DNA from: Heteronotia binoei
Taxonomy: Eukaryota
NCBI RefSeq assembly: GCF_032191835.1
Contig: NC_083228.1
Coordinates: 78,430,001 to 78,494,000, forward strand
Direction: 5' to 3'
Length of the DNA stretch: 64,000 nucleotides
Shown: positions 38,001-50,865 of the stretch, piece after piece
Layout of the letters: each line of letters begins with the position of its first letter
Numbering within the stretch: position 1 is the first letter of the stretch
Program-made: the position numbers and the translations under genes
Notes under the pieces: generated by a model
Seen by the model: the letters and a program-made list of their open reading frames with translations, nothing else
The model's database searches: none
Told to the model about the DNA's origin: nothing

Positions 38001-39460
38001 TCAGAGACTGGGGCAGTGTTTGAGAGATTAGTGGCACAGGAACAGAGGGTGAGGAAGACAGGAGAGCACTGTCCACACAGTGCAACCAACTTGCACAGCA
38101 GACAGCAGTGACCCAAACACCAACTCATAGCTGGAGATCAAATGCACAATTATGAAGCCATGCTGTTCTCAGCTGAGGGGCTACAAACATGCATGTGTGA
38201 CATTCATGGACATACTGCTAACAAGATTCTGAAATACTTTACACTGTAGTAATCTGAATATTAATAATCTGAATACTAATAGCTAAGAATACAAAAATCA
38301 GCCTGATAATATAGGATGATACAGATTACAGAGCAGAGACTGGGCTAAACCTCAATTCATGGAAAGACATGAAATTGCATCAGAATATCCACATAAAAAT
38401 CAAAGCAGATTTGGATTACCAAAGGGCCATAGGACAATAGGTTTCATCCTAGTAATCCTATTATTGACTGTGGCAGAGATATTGAAAGCTCCAGTGACTG
38501 GTCGGGGAGCCTATGCTAGATGGACCCTTGGATTGATCCAACAGGATTCTTTTAACACAGAGTAGCACAGGGAAATAAAATCCAGAAACAGAGATGACAT
38601 ATTTCTGTAATAATGAATGACACACCAAAGGGCAGCTCTGATACTACCCACCTCTTGTTCTTCCTTGAAAACCTTTCAGTCTGCAGTTTTACCCCAGCAG
38701 GAAGATTCTCTAATCCCCAGACCTTCCCGCTCCTTGATTCTCTCAAACATTGACAAAGCAGAGGGCTGAGAAGCTACAGAGCTTTCATTTATAGGGACTG
38801 GCTGTTGAACTGTTTAATTTCAAAGGTCTTCTAAAGAAACAGCAGTAGTCAATGACAGAATAAATGGCCACCCAAAATGGTCTTGAGCTGTTTTCATTGC
38901 CATACTGCAAAGTAGCACCTCAAGAGTAATGAATGGGCAGCATCTTGTCACCCCCAATCTAATGAAGAAATACCTGAAAATACCGGAGCAACACAGGCTG
39001 TGCAATGTTATCTCTCATGTGGGATTCACCCTCAGGTACAGATGCATTTGGCTGCAGCCAGAGCAGTTTACTTCTTTGCCTCTCAGGACTGACCTGGAGT
39101 TAGGTATTTTGTGGACTTCTGTCCTACTTTCCCATACCAGTGATACACAGAGCTGCAGACTCTAGTCTGACTGCCTCTAACAAATGAGTGTATCCATTCC
39201 TACCACAGGAAATTCAAGCCTTATAGCTCAGGTTGCATTTACTTGTTGGTTTTTATCTCATCAGACTAGTGTCTCCAGTTTGAACACCAAGGACTCTACC
39301 TAAATGAAATATTAATGTATGCAGCCCATCTGGACTAGCTAGGGATACAACTTGGTGTGTTTCACCACAGGGTCTAATTCAGGCCTCCCTTCTGCCACCA
39401 AGGAATTCAAAAGGCTGCAAAATGGCCAGTCCCATTTGTAACACTAACATGCATACCCAC

Positions 39461-39978
39461 TAGGCTTCCCAATCCCCAGGTCCCAGAGGGGGATCCCCCG
39501 GTTTTACAGGCTTCCCCCCTCCCCCAGCCAGCTGGCCGGCGGGGGAAGCCCCACCCCCACAGCCATCATGCACCTCCATGAACAATTCCCATAGGGAATG
39601 ATGGGGAATTGATCCGCGGGTATCAGGGGCTCTGGGGGGGCTGTTTTTTGAGATAGAGGCACCAAATTTTCCGTATAGCATCTAGTGCCTCTCCCCAAAA
39701 TACCTCCCAAGTTTCAAAAAGATTGGACCAGGGGGTCCAATTCTATGAGCCCCAAAAGAAGGTGCCCCTAAACTTCATTATTTCCTATGGAAGGAAGGCA
39801 TTTAAAAAGATGTGCAGTCCCTTTAAATGTGATGGCCAGAACTTCCTTGAAGTTCAATTATGCTTGTCACACCCTTGCTCTTGGCTCCACCCCAATGTCT
39901 CCTGGCTCCACCCCCAAAGTCTCCTGGCTCCACCCCCAAAGTCCCCAGATATTTCTTGAATTGGATTTGGCAACCCTA
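39461..39978. mobile_element. hAT (Tip100-like TAGGGT ends) non-autonomous element, 518 bp
   Basis: TAGGCTTCCCAA / TTGGCAACCCTA ends; perfect TSD ATACCCAC at 39453-39460 and 39979-39986; ~21-bp unit x3 near 39880-39945. Confidence 0.88.
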
Positions 39979-42900
39979 ATACCCACCAACAGAGATCATG
40001 GCATTTGCTGCAGGATAGTTCTTGATGATAGATGTTGGGCATGCTCACTACCCTGCATTACACTCACCTGATATGAACAGGCCAGAAATTCCTGTGGCTT
40101 TTTAAAGATAGGAATCATTGTGCCAGGCCAGGTGAGTACCGTTAGAAGGAAAAGTACATACTGAGTCTTTACTCCTCCCTGTCTAGGGGAACAGGTAATA
40201 ACACATTTGTCAGTGGACTGGCAGTTCATACAGTAAGCATGATATGGTGGGGTAAAGCAGTGGTTTCCGAGCCTATGGGAAGGGTGCCAAGAAAATGGAT
40301 GTATGATTTTCCATCTCCTCTTTCAACATGGTTTATGTCTACTTACAGATGCAGAGGCAGAATTCTCCTTAGTGGCAACACTCAGTACAACAAACACACC
40401 AAGATGTTCATTCATGTAGTAGCCAAGTGCTACATTTATGTAGCTGAAAAACAGGTTCTTGATAACGTAATTCATGGGCCAAACATGAATAACAAGGGCA
40501 AATAAAATGGAGTTCTTGGCAGAGTTTTCCTAACTTTCAAAGTAGCTTGCTCTAGATGTTTGACGAAGTCTGAGAATTGATCTAATTTGCAAGCTGTTAA
40601 ATAATAGAATATCTGGAAAATACTACATGATCAGCAAAAAAGGCCGGTTTTTAGCCACATCAGTAGCTTACATACTCTTCTCTGTTAATCAACTATTTGT
40701 TATCACTTTCAATAGATAAAGTGAGTAAATTCTTGTTCTTACACAGAATACCTGAAGGATCTTCTTTAGGGCGGGGGGGGGGGGAGTCTATACCAGGGGC
40801 AGGAGTCTTAACATTTTGGTTTGCATTTGTGAGAAATGGACAGATTTCAGTATGGGAAAACATTCCCAGCAAAGTTCTGAAAGGCCAAACTTATAGCTGA
40901 TTAGTGCTGTACTTTGAGGCTTTGAGGGGTCTCCGGGAAGAGTTGCATTTTCATCATCTGCAGAAGTTTTCAGAGTCATTTATTTGACATAAGCTCAACA
41001 GAATCCTAACCTTCTTGGACATTGCTAAACATCTAAAGCTACGCAAGACCGGTGGAACCTTGGATAATTGGAAGAGAAGGTACAGATTACTATCTTTCAC
41101 TTCGGGACTATTTACAATTTAATGGAGTAAATTTAAAAGGTGGGAAATGAAAATCTATAAAGCTTGGAAGAAGAAGGGAAAAAGAGGTGAAATTTGGACT
41201 TTGTAAATATAAAGGACAGTGCTAAAAAGTGGAAAGGAATTTATTGTTTGGTCTATTTGCGGTTTTGAAAAAAGAGCACCATAGTCACAGACCTGCAGCA
41301 TATTTAAGCAGAACAGAAAGTATGTCAAGTATCATGAGATCTCCTGACTAGTGTGAATGAGACTTTGTGGCAAGTAAACCAGGAAGTAGTGAATGGAAAA
41401 CCTACTCTAGGAATATAACACCATTGAGAAATAGCGGCGGCCATTGCTTGGAGGTCAAAATTAAAATAAGGTTTTTAAAGTGTTCGGGACATTAAAAACT
41501 GTTGGAATTAACTGTTGGAATTAAGAGGACAAGAAGATAAGTATTATTGGACATATTATGTGTGTGGACTTTAGAAGTTTTTAAAAGGGAAAAAAAATTG
41601 TAAGGAGCAGCAAAAAGTCGCGACTGCCATTTTGAAACATTTAAAGACTTTAAAAATAAATATCTTGATTTTGGGAGCTTGGAGGATGGCAAAATTAGGC
41701 TTATTATAAAAGGCAAGTCCTATTCTTTTGAATCTGATAGTTGAATTTGAATTTGGTGAGGTCTAAATTTTCGCTGTTTTTTAAATGTCAGAACACAAGC
41801 AACCCCGTACAAGGGCTACTTCATTAGAAAAAATGCAGGACTAATTAGAAGCAATAGAGGCCAGAATGATGAGAGGTATGAGAGAGATGATAACTGAATC
41901 GAAAAAAGAAATTATTGAAGAGATTAAAAAAAGATATGGAGGATCTCAGAAAGGAAACTGAGGAAACATCTAAGAAAGTGCAGGAAGTAGAAGGCAGAAT
42001 GAAAGTATATGATTCCACCTTGTTGAAAATGCAAGAAAAAGTGACAATCCATGACTGCAAACTGATGGAGACTCAGATACGTCTGAGAGGAGTACCCGAA
42101 AAGGAAGATGGTGATCTAAAAGAATATATAATAAAAATAATTGCAGAATTTTTAGAGGAAGATCCTGAAGAGACTAAACATGTATGACTATATGTATAGA
42201 GTGAACTCACTTTATGCCAAGAAAAATAACTTACCAAGAGATGTTGTCATAAGATTTATGACAAAGGAAATGGTGGGAAGGATCATGAATAAAAACTTTG
42301 AAAAGACACTGATAGTGGGAGGCAGCAGAGTAAGAATTATGAAGGAGTTGCCAAGGCAAGTGATAAATGATAGAAGAACATATAAAAAATTGACAGAAAA
42401 ATTAAGAGATAGTGGAATAAGATTTATATGGATAATACCTGAAGGTCTGAGCTTCGAACTTCAGGGGAAAAGAATCACAATTACAAATGTACAGGAAATG
42501 CGTAGATGTTATGAAGAAAATAAAGAATTTGCATCATGATGGATTGCAAATTATTGTCTTGGAATGTAAATGGACTAAATTCACCACAAAAAAGAAGGGC
42601 AACATTTCATTGGATTAAGAAATAAAACTGTAATATAATTTGTTTACAAGAAGTGCATATTAAACAAAAGGATTACAAATTTTTATGGAATAAACAATTG
42701 GGACTAGAATTTTTTTCATTGGCTGAACAGACAAAAAGGGGAGTGATTTTTTGTATTAAACAAGAATTGGAGCCAAAATTAGTGTTTAAAGATAAAGATG
42801 GGAGATTTGTAGCAGGAGAAACAATATTAAATGGAAAGAAAACGTTGCTATTGGGACTGTATGCGCCTAATGATGCAAAGGATGCTTTTTAAAAAGACAT

Positions 42901-43089
42901 TATACAACAGCTTGATGAAATGACCTATGATCAAGTTTTGATAATGGGAGATTTTAATGGAACAGTTAAGAACTCATTGGACAGGTCTGGAGGGGGAAAA
43001 AAAAGCAGTAAAGAAGGAAAACTGCCAAAGTCTTTTTTTGAATTGGTTAAATAAGAAAATCTAGAAGATATATGGAGGAAATTTAACTC

Positions 43090-43908
43090 TAGGGTGGCCA
43101 GACCGTCCCGGGAGCCCGGGAATGTCCCGGTTCTGGCCCCCTATTCCCGCCTCCCAGGCTGGCTATACCGGGACCATTTAGAGGTCCCGGTTTAGCCAGC
43201 CCCGGAGGCGGTGGGCCGCGGGCGCCGGCGGGGAAGGCGGCGAGTGAGGGAGGGAGCGTCCCTGCGCCTGCACCGCCTTCCCCGCCCGCGCGCGGGGCCC
43301 GGCGGCGGTGGTGGAGGCCTCTCCGTGGCCTCCGCTGGTCGCTGGAAGCCCTCCAGAGACTCTGGAGGGCCTCCAGCGACCAGCGGAGGCCGTGGAGCAC
43401 CCGGCGCTGGTCCTGGAAGGCCTTCCAGAACCTCTGGAAGGCCTTCCGGGACCAGCGCCGACCAGCGAAGGCCTCCCCGCGGCCTCCGCTGGTCCCTGGA
43501 GGCCCTCCAGAGTCTCTGGAGGGCCTCCAGGGACCAGCGGAGGCCGCAGGGAAGCCGCGGAGCACCCGGCGCTGGTCCCGGAAGGCCTTCCAGAGCCTCT
43601 GAAAGGCCTTCCGGGACCAGCGCCGACCAGCGAAGGCCTCCCCGCGGCCTCCGCTGGTCCCTGGAGGCCCTCCAGAGTCTCTGGAGGGCTTCCAGGGACC
43701 AGCGGAGGCCGCGGGGAAGCCGCGGAGCACCTGGCGCTGGTCCCGGAAGGCCTTCCAGAGCCTCTGGAAGGCCTTCCGGGACCAGCGCCGACCAGCGAAG
43801 GCCTCCCCGCGGCCTCCGCTGGTCCTCTGGAAGGCCTTCCGGGACCAGTGCCGACCAGCGACCCCCCAACGTGTCCCTGGCTGGCCTTCAGACATTATGG
43901 TCACCCTA
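43090..43908. mobile_element. hAT non-autonomous element with internal palindrome array, inserted in L1 endonuclease
   Basis: TIRs TAGGGTGGCCAGACCGTC vs TAGGGTGACCATAATGTC (14/18); perfect TSD TTTAACTC 43082-43089 and 43909-43916; removal restores L1 EDIWRKFNSEVRDYTFFS. Confidence 0.95.
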
Positions 43909-45490
43909 TTTAACTCTGAAGTTCGGGACTATACTTTTTTTTCAGCAAGACATAAAACTTTTTCTAGAATTGACATGTTGTGGGGAACTAAAGAATTAGG
44001 TCTTATAACAAGGAAAAAAAAGATTTTACCTAAGATTGGGGCTGACCATAACCCAATAATGTGGATTACAAAATTGTCCAAGAAGTTGAAAAGATGGAGA
44101 TTGAATGAAGATTTGCTACAGAATAAAGAAACAGTGACATACCTAGAAAATGAAACTAAAGCCTTTTTCCAAATGAATGACAAAGAGGACATAGATTTCC
44201 AGACAGTCTGGGATGCTTATAAAGCAGTAATGAGAGGAATGTTAATTACTTTGAATAATAAGGGTAAAAGAGAAACAGAGAAACAGATGTTGGACATTCA
44301 AAATGATATAAAGAAAAAAGGGGAGTTGAGAAAAAGGCCAAGGAAAAAGAAAATTATAAGGGAAATTACAATATTACAAACTCAAATGAGACATTTGTTA
44401 ACTAAAGAAGTGGAATAGAGTTTGCAAAGATTGCAGCAGAAAACCTTTGAGGGAGCAAATAAACCGGGAAATTATTTGGCTTGGCAACTGAAAAAAAATA
44501 GGGAAAGTAAAATTATTAATGCAGTTGTGGTAGATGGAAGAGAAGTGGTTACCCAAGAGGGAATAAAAAGAGTATTTTTAAGTATTATGCCAAATTATTT
44601 AAAGGTGTTAAAATAAAGAAGGAGAAGATAGATGAATATTTACAAAAGGTAAAAATAGGGACCTTAACTGAAAATATGCAATAAGTTTTGAATGATCCAA
44701 TTGAAAAAATAGAAATTGAAGCAGCAATCAACGCAATGAAAAATGGAAAAGCACCTGGGCCAGATGGATATATAACTAAATTTTTTTAAATCTTCAAAGA
44801 GGAATTAATACCAAAGTTGCAGAAGTTGATGAATACGATAAAAATGAAAAGGAAAATCCCAAACACATGGAAGGAAGCTGTTATTTCGTTGATACCTAAG
44901 GAAGATAGAGATGTCACGAATGTAAAAAATTAGAGACCAATTTCGCTATTAAATAATTACTATAAAATTTATACAAGAATCCTGGCAGAATGGCTTAAAC
45001 AGCATTTGATAAATTTTATAAAGAAAGATCAAGCGGGTTTTCTTCCCAAAAGGCAAATAAAAGACAATATTAGAACTGTTGTAAATATTGTAGAATATCA
45101 TGAAAGACATCCAGAAAAAGAAGTAGCATTATTCTTTGCAGATGCAGAGAAAGCATTTGACAATTTAAACTGGGACTTTATGTTTGCAGTAATGGAAAAA
45201 ATGGAGCTTGGAGAAAGCTTTATAAGAATGATAAAAGCAATATATTCTGAACAAAGCGCAAGATTATGTATAAATGCAGATCTTACAGAAGATATGAAAA
45301 TCAGCAAAGGTACTAGACAAGGTTGTCCACTTTCACCATTGTTGTTTATAATGACTCTTGAAATAGTATTGATGCAGATACAAGAAGAAAAAGACATAGA
45401 AGGATTAAGAATAAAAGGATTTACTTACAAATACAGAGCTTTTGCTGATGATATAATGTTTATAAATGAAAACCCCATACACAAGTTACA

Positions 45491-45649
45491 TGTTTTGGTT
45501 AAATGTTTTAATTAATTATTGATTGGTTTTAATGTGATTTTAATGTCTTATTATTGTATTGTTCACTTTTAAATGTTGTTAGCCGCCCTGAGCCTGCTTC
45601 GGCGGGGGAGGGCGGGATACAAATAAAATTTTACTTACTTACTTACTTA
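45491..45649 (+). mobile_element. L2-type 3' end inserted in L1 RT domain
   Basis: GTTAGCCGCCCTGAGCCTGCTTCGGCGGG..AGGGCGGGATACAAAT + (TTAC)n tail; L1 frame NENPI..PLLLVKIQEYG resumes after it. Confidence 0.75.
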
Positions 45650-47474
45650 TCTTTGTTGTTAGTTAAAATACAAGAATATGGGGAGTTGGCGGGACTTTGT
45701 ATTAATAGAGAAAAATAAAAAATTCTGTGTAAAAATATGCAGATAAATAAACAACAAGAATTGCAGAAACTAACGGGCTGCGAAGTCACCTCCAAGGTAA
45801 AATATCTGGGGGTGGAGATAACAATGAAGAATACTGATCTGTTCAAAAATAATTATGAGAAGTTATGGTGTAAAATGGATGAATACATGTTAAAACGGAA
45901 CAAGCTTAATTTGTCATTGTTGGGTAGAATAGCTGCAATAAAAATGAATATTCTACCAAGAATAATGTATTTGTTTCAAACTATTCCTATTGTGAAGGAC
46001 AGTAAACAATTTGATAAATGGCGAAGAAAAAATTCAGAATTTGTGTGGGCCGGGAAGAAACCAAAGATTAAAATGAAAATTTTGACAGATGCAAAAGAGA
46101 GAGGTGGATTTCAACTACCAAATTTAAGATTATATCAGGAAGCAGTTTGCTTAGTGTGGATAAAAGAATGGATAACGCTGTTAAACAGAAAACTTTTAGT
46201 GCTGGAAGGTCACAGAAATAAATTTGGCTGGCAAGCATATTTGTATTATGGAAAAAAGAAGATGGATGGTTTTTTCTCTCACCATTACATAAGAAATAAT
46301 TTGTTAAGTACATGGATGAAATATAAGAAGTATGGAGATGAGAGAAGACCATTATGGATAGTACCGGCGGAAGTAATCAAAATAACAGCTGAGATAGGGG
46401 AAGAAAAGTGGTTGTCATATAGTCAACTGTTAAAAATACAAAGTGGCAAAAACCCCCTGAAAACTGCTGAAGAGTTGAATAATAAATATGATTGGTTTCA
46501 AAGGCAACAAATAAAGAGCTTGGTGGAGAATGATATTAAAACTGAAGGAATAAGGAAATAATGGGAAAAGTTCTGCTTGGAGACAATGATAAATTAATTT
46601 CAAAAGTATATAAATTACTTTTACAATGGTCTACAGAAGATGAAGTAGTAAAATCTCAAATGATTAAATGGGCAATTAATGTAAATAAAGAAATACAGAT
46701 GGAAACTTGGGAATATTTGTGGAAGAACTCTATGAAACTCTCAACATGCCAGAATATCAAAGAAAATTGTTTTAAGATGATGTACAGATGGTATATAACT
46801 CCTAAAAAATTGGCAAAGATGAATAATAAGATGCCAGACAGATGTTGGAAATGTAAAAAGCATGAAGGTTCTTTCTACCATATGTGGTGGACTTGTGAAA
46901 GAGCTAAAATGTTTTGGCAGATGATTTAGCAAGAGATTTCTAAGATCTTGGGATACGAATTTAACAAAGTTGAAGACTTTTCTGTTAGGATTACAAATGG
47001 AAAAATTTCCAAAAGAAGATAGAACTTTAATCTGGTACTTGCTTTCAGCTGCTGGGACATTGTATGCGCAGTTGCGGAAGCAAGAAAAAATACCAGAGAA
47101 ATGGGATTGGATTGTTAAAGTTATGACATGGAGTGAAATGGGTAAGTTAATAAGAACTTTAAGAGACTATGATTTAGAAGTATTTAAGATGGAGTGGAAG
47201 AAGTTCAGAAGATACGTAGAAAAAGAATGGAAAATAAAAGGACATTGGACAATCTTTGATAATGATTAAGTATAAGTGGGGGGGAGATATGAACTTTGGT
47301 TCTTATTAATTAGGGGTACCTTTTAAAATGATGTTTTGAATTTAGTACACCGGCGTGGGTCAAGTAAGGGGGGAGGGGTAGGTAGAAAGTAATATATGGG
47401 ATTTAAAAAGTAGTTATTAATTATATAAGAAATTGAATATATTGCCATATGTTACTAATAAAAGATTGTTTGAA

Positions 47475-48290
47475 ACTGACTGCTAAAGGTCTTGACGGTC
47501 AAAACCAGTATCTTGAACTGGGTCCAGTGCTCCACTGGAAGCCAGTGCAGCTCACACAGCACAGGCTGGATATGTGCCACCTGAGGGGTCCCCATTCTGG
47601 ATCAGCTGGCGCTTCTGGGTCAAGCACAAGTATAGGCCCACATAGAGCGAATTACAGTAGTCTATCCTGGAGGTAACTGTTGCATGGATTACCATGGCTA
47701 GGTTGGGGTGAAACAGGTAGAAGGCCAGTTGCCTAATCTGGCACAGTTGGAGAAATGCCAGTTTGGCAGCCTTCACAACCTGGACCTCCATAGATAAGGT
47801 GGTTTCCAGAGTCTTGCCCAGGCTCCTGATGGTCAGAGTCAGTGATAGAAACATACCATCAAGAGTTTGGAGCTGTCAACCCAACTGTGGCTCCCCCTCA
47901 TCCAGCCATGGAACCTCTGTCTTACCCATATTCAGTTTCAGCCTACTCTGCTTCAATCACCCAACCACAGCCTCCAAACCCTTGCTTAAGTTAATAGGAA
48001 TGGCTTCCGGCCACCCACCCATCAATTGAAATAGCTGGGTGTCACTGGCATATTGATGACACTCTAGCCAAAAATGCTGTGCTATCTGGGCAAGAAGGTG
48101 AATGCAGACGTTAAATAACATCAGGGAGAAAAGTGCCCCTTGTGGGATGCCACATTCCAGTAGGTACCTTGGAGACACTGTCCCTCCCAATGCCACCCCG
48201 TCCCCGACTGTGGAGAAATGAGGTGAACCATTCTAGAGCTACCCTATGAATTCCAGCACCGGTAAGGCTGTGAGTCAACAGATTGTGGTT
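47475..48290 (-). mobile_element. L2 LINE RT fragment
   Basis: Minus strand CGIPQGA, HQYASDTQL (YADDTQL-like), TSRIDYCNSLYVG, HIQPVLCELHWLPV. Confidence 0.88.
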
Positions 48291-48564
48291 GACTGTGTCA
48301 AATGCTGCTGTAAGATTGAAGTGACACAGAATATGATAGCCAGTTACAGTGACCGAATGTCTTATTCTGGTATCTCTCTCAGATACTAATATTTCTTAAT
48401 CCCCTTCATCCCATCCATCCTTCATATTTATGTGATTGATTAGCAGTGTCTATTGGACATTGTCTTATTCACTTCTCCACATAGCAGTAACTGCTTGTTT
48501 TAGCATTACACTAAGCATTACACTAGCATTAACTGAGAGTGGGGAGGACATTGAGCTATTATGA

Positions 48565-48761
48565 TTTCTACTTGTGCTCACTGCTCAGTATTAAGACCAT
48601 ACACAAAGTCCTTGTGGGGTGCAGTGATGTTTCTACTTGTGCTCACTGCTCAGTATTAAGACCATACACAAAGTCCTTGTGGGGTGCAGTGATGTTTCTA
48701 CTTGTGCTCACTGCTCAGTATTAAGACCATACACAAAGTCCTTGTGGGGTGCAGTGATGTT
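48565..48761. repeat. 65-bp minisatellite, three identical copies
   Basis: Unit TTTCTACTTGTGCTCACTGC...GGGGTGCAGTGATG at 48565, 48630, 48695. Confidence 0.95.
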
Positions 48762-50664
48762 GGACAGATAGACCCCTTCATATTGCAAGTCTCCCTAAAT
48801 GAAGACATTTGAGATAAATAACAAGCATGATGTATGTGGCAGGGTGTATGTGTTTCATATCTGCTATTATACTTCAGAACAAAGACAATGGACTGGGTCA
48901 TAGCATTTGTTGAACAGTATCAGTTGTGAAGTAAATCCTGAAAGCATCACAGAAATATACAGTTGTTAACTTTTTTGAGTAGGCAGAACTGGCCATTCTA
49001 AAAGCTACATTACAGCGACAAGTAATAGGTGCAGCTTTCTCCATCATAGCATCCTCATGCTAGCTACTGCTACACAGGTTAGATTCTTATATATCATGCA
49101 CTTTAGAGAGGCACAGGAGCCCAGAGAAGAAAAAAGATGGCAACCCCACATACGAACCACTAGTTTCCCATGGGTCACTGTGGGTTTTGTTGCTTTTATA
49201 GACTTTGCTTGTGGCCTGATTGGCACTGCTTCTGTAAGTGCCAATGACCATCTGGTTGTATGCAGAAAGACAAGAGAGATGGTGATAGAAATGAGTAATG
49301 GGTAGCAACTGCAACAGAGAAGAACTGTGACTGGGTGCTTATCTGAGATTTGCAACTGTGCATTTGAGTACTGTTGCTTTTCCATTTTGTACATCCCAGC
49401 CCAACCAGTAGTCTTACTGATGTCTGAAAATTCCCTTACTGGGAGAAAAGTATTACCACTGAGACAATATTCCCTCATCCAATGTAAGGAGTTCTCTCCT
49501 ACTTGAGTCCTGGTTCTGATCATGAAAAGCAAAATGTGTCTTGAATGTACCAATAATAACTGCACTAATAAATGGGGTAGAATACCCAATATTTACAAAA
49601 AAATTTTGGATGGATTTTCCACAGCCTTCACCAGTGTATGGTGGGAATTTACTTGGATGCATGTGTGGCAAATTACAGCCAAATTCCCCTTCCTTCATCG
49701 GCACAGTGCAAATTTACCCTGTATCCCCTAAAAGTGAGACTCTACTGTAATCTGATAGGTGAGTTGTTAAGCAAGTACACAGTCCTCCATGTTGCAGGGT
49801 ATACAAATGTATTTGTGTATATTTGTGTGGCCTGCAGAAACCTGGGGTGCTTCAGGGGGAAGGATGGATTGTATATGGAGGTATGGGCTGGCTTCATGTG
49901 AAAGCTTACTCTTGCTTATCCGTGCTTTGTTTGTCTCTGTAGTCTTAGCAGTAGCAGTGCAGCTGAGGTACCTGGCAAGGTTCTGTGAGAATATAATTTG
50001 TTCGCCTGTTCTGCTGACTTTGTTGTTGGTCTTATCTGGTTGTACAAAATGTTCTCTTTCAGCAAAATTCCACCATATATTCATGGTTCTTAAACTGTGG
50101 AAACAGAATGATATAGCCCCAGGCAATATGTCTTCATCTGTGTTCCCTACTGCTGGAACTACATTGGATTCTGATAGTGAAATCTTATGCTTTGACAGGG
50201 TTATGGAAGTGGAGAGAGTCATCTGTGGCTCTCAGCTGACTCTAAAATGGGTGTTTTTAGTTTTACCCTCTTTCTTGCTAACATAACATTATACCATCAT
50301 TGGGGGTAGGACCAATTCCTAAATAAGCATAAGATCTCAAACAAGTTACCTTCCTCCCTTGTCATTCCACTGACTTCACTCCAATTGTACTAGCAGCATC
50401 CCAGTAGCATAGGGGTTATGCTTGCTGGCACAACACCAGCATCAGTTCTGTGTACTGGTGTAACCTTTTCATCTTTCAGCACAGTGGAATTTAGTAGCAA
50501 TCATACCCTCATCCAGAATATAGCTATGTAAATATGTATAACCACCCTGGATCTATGAGGGAAAACTACAAGGTATAAAGTTGACGAAAGTTCAATCTCT
50601 ACCGTTTTTGTCGAAGATGGCTGAGACCTTAAATCAGACAGAATCACAACTAAGAAAGTAAATC

Positions 50665-50865
50665 CAAAGGGGCTAGCCATGTAAATCTGCTACAGCAAAA
50701 CAAATAAATAGGCTGTAGTGTTTTAAATATTTAATGGGATTATTATAACGTATGCTTTTGTGAACTAGAGTCCACTTCGGACACAAGTGGACTCTAGTTT
50801 ATAAAAGCTCATGTGATAATAAATCTGTTCGTCTTTAAAGTGCTAAATGGACTTTTTTCATTTTG
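50665..50865. mobile_element. Penelope-like inverted pseudo-LTR relic
   Basis: GGGCTAGCCATGT..TCTG start; inverted arms 50754-50777/50785-50808 around a deleted hammerhead centre. Confidence 0.6.

Larger units (their letters stand above)
41050..47470 (+). mobile_element. Near full-length decayed L1-clade LINE, antisense in MORN4 intron 1 (5' boundary approximate)
   Basis: ORF1 ~41785-42539 (coiled coil); ORF2 42536-47269 with APE motifs SWNVNGLN, CLQEVH, GDFN, SRID; RT motifs TRQGCPLSPLLF, FADD, KYLG; C-terminal CWKC..H..WTC; AATAAA 47457; many stops/frameshifts. Confidence 0.93.

Noticed and set aside
43320-43860. CRISPR-like palindromic array
   Set aside because: Intervening sequences are repeated rather than unique spacers; vertebrate context; no cas genes.
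43089-43999. Four overlapping ORFs of 201-271 aa
   Set aside because: Arise from a GC-rich palindromic repeat with a 165-bp (55-codon) unit; low-complexity products inside a TSD-bounded MITE.
41785-47269. Active L1 or targeted C-to-T editing of L1
   Set aside because: Multiple stops and frameshifts of mixed types; consistent with neutral decay.
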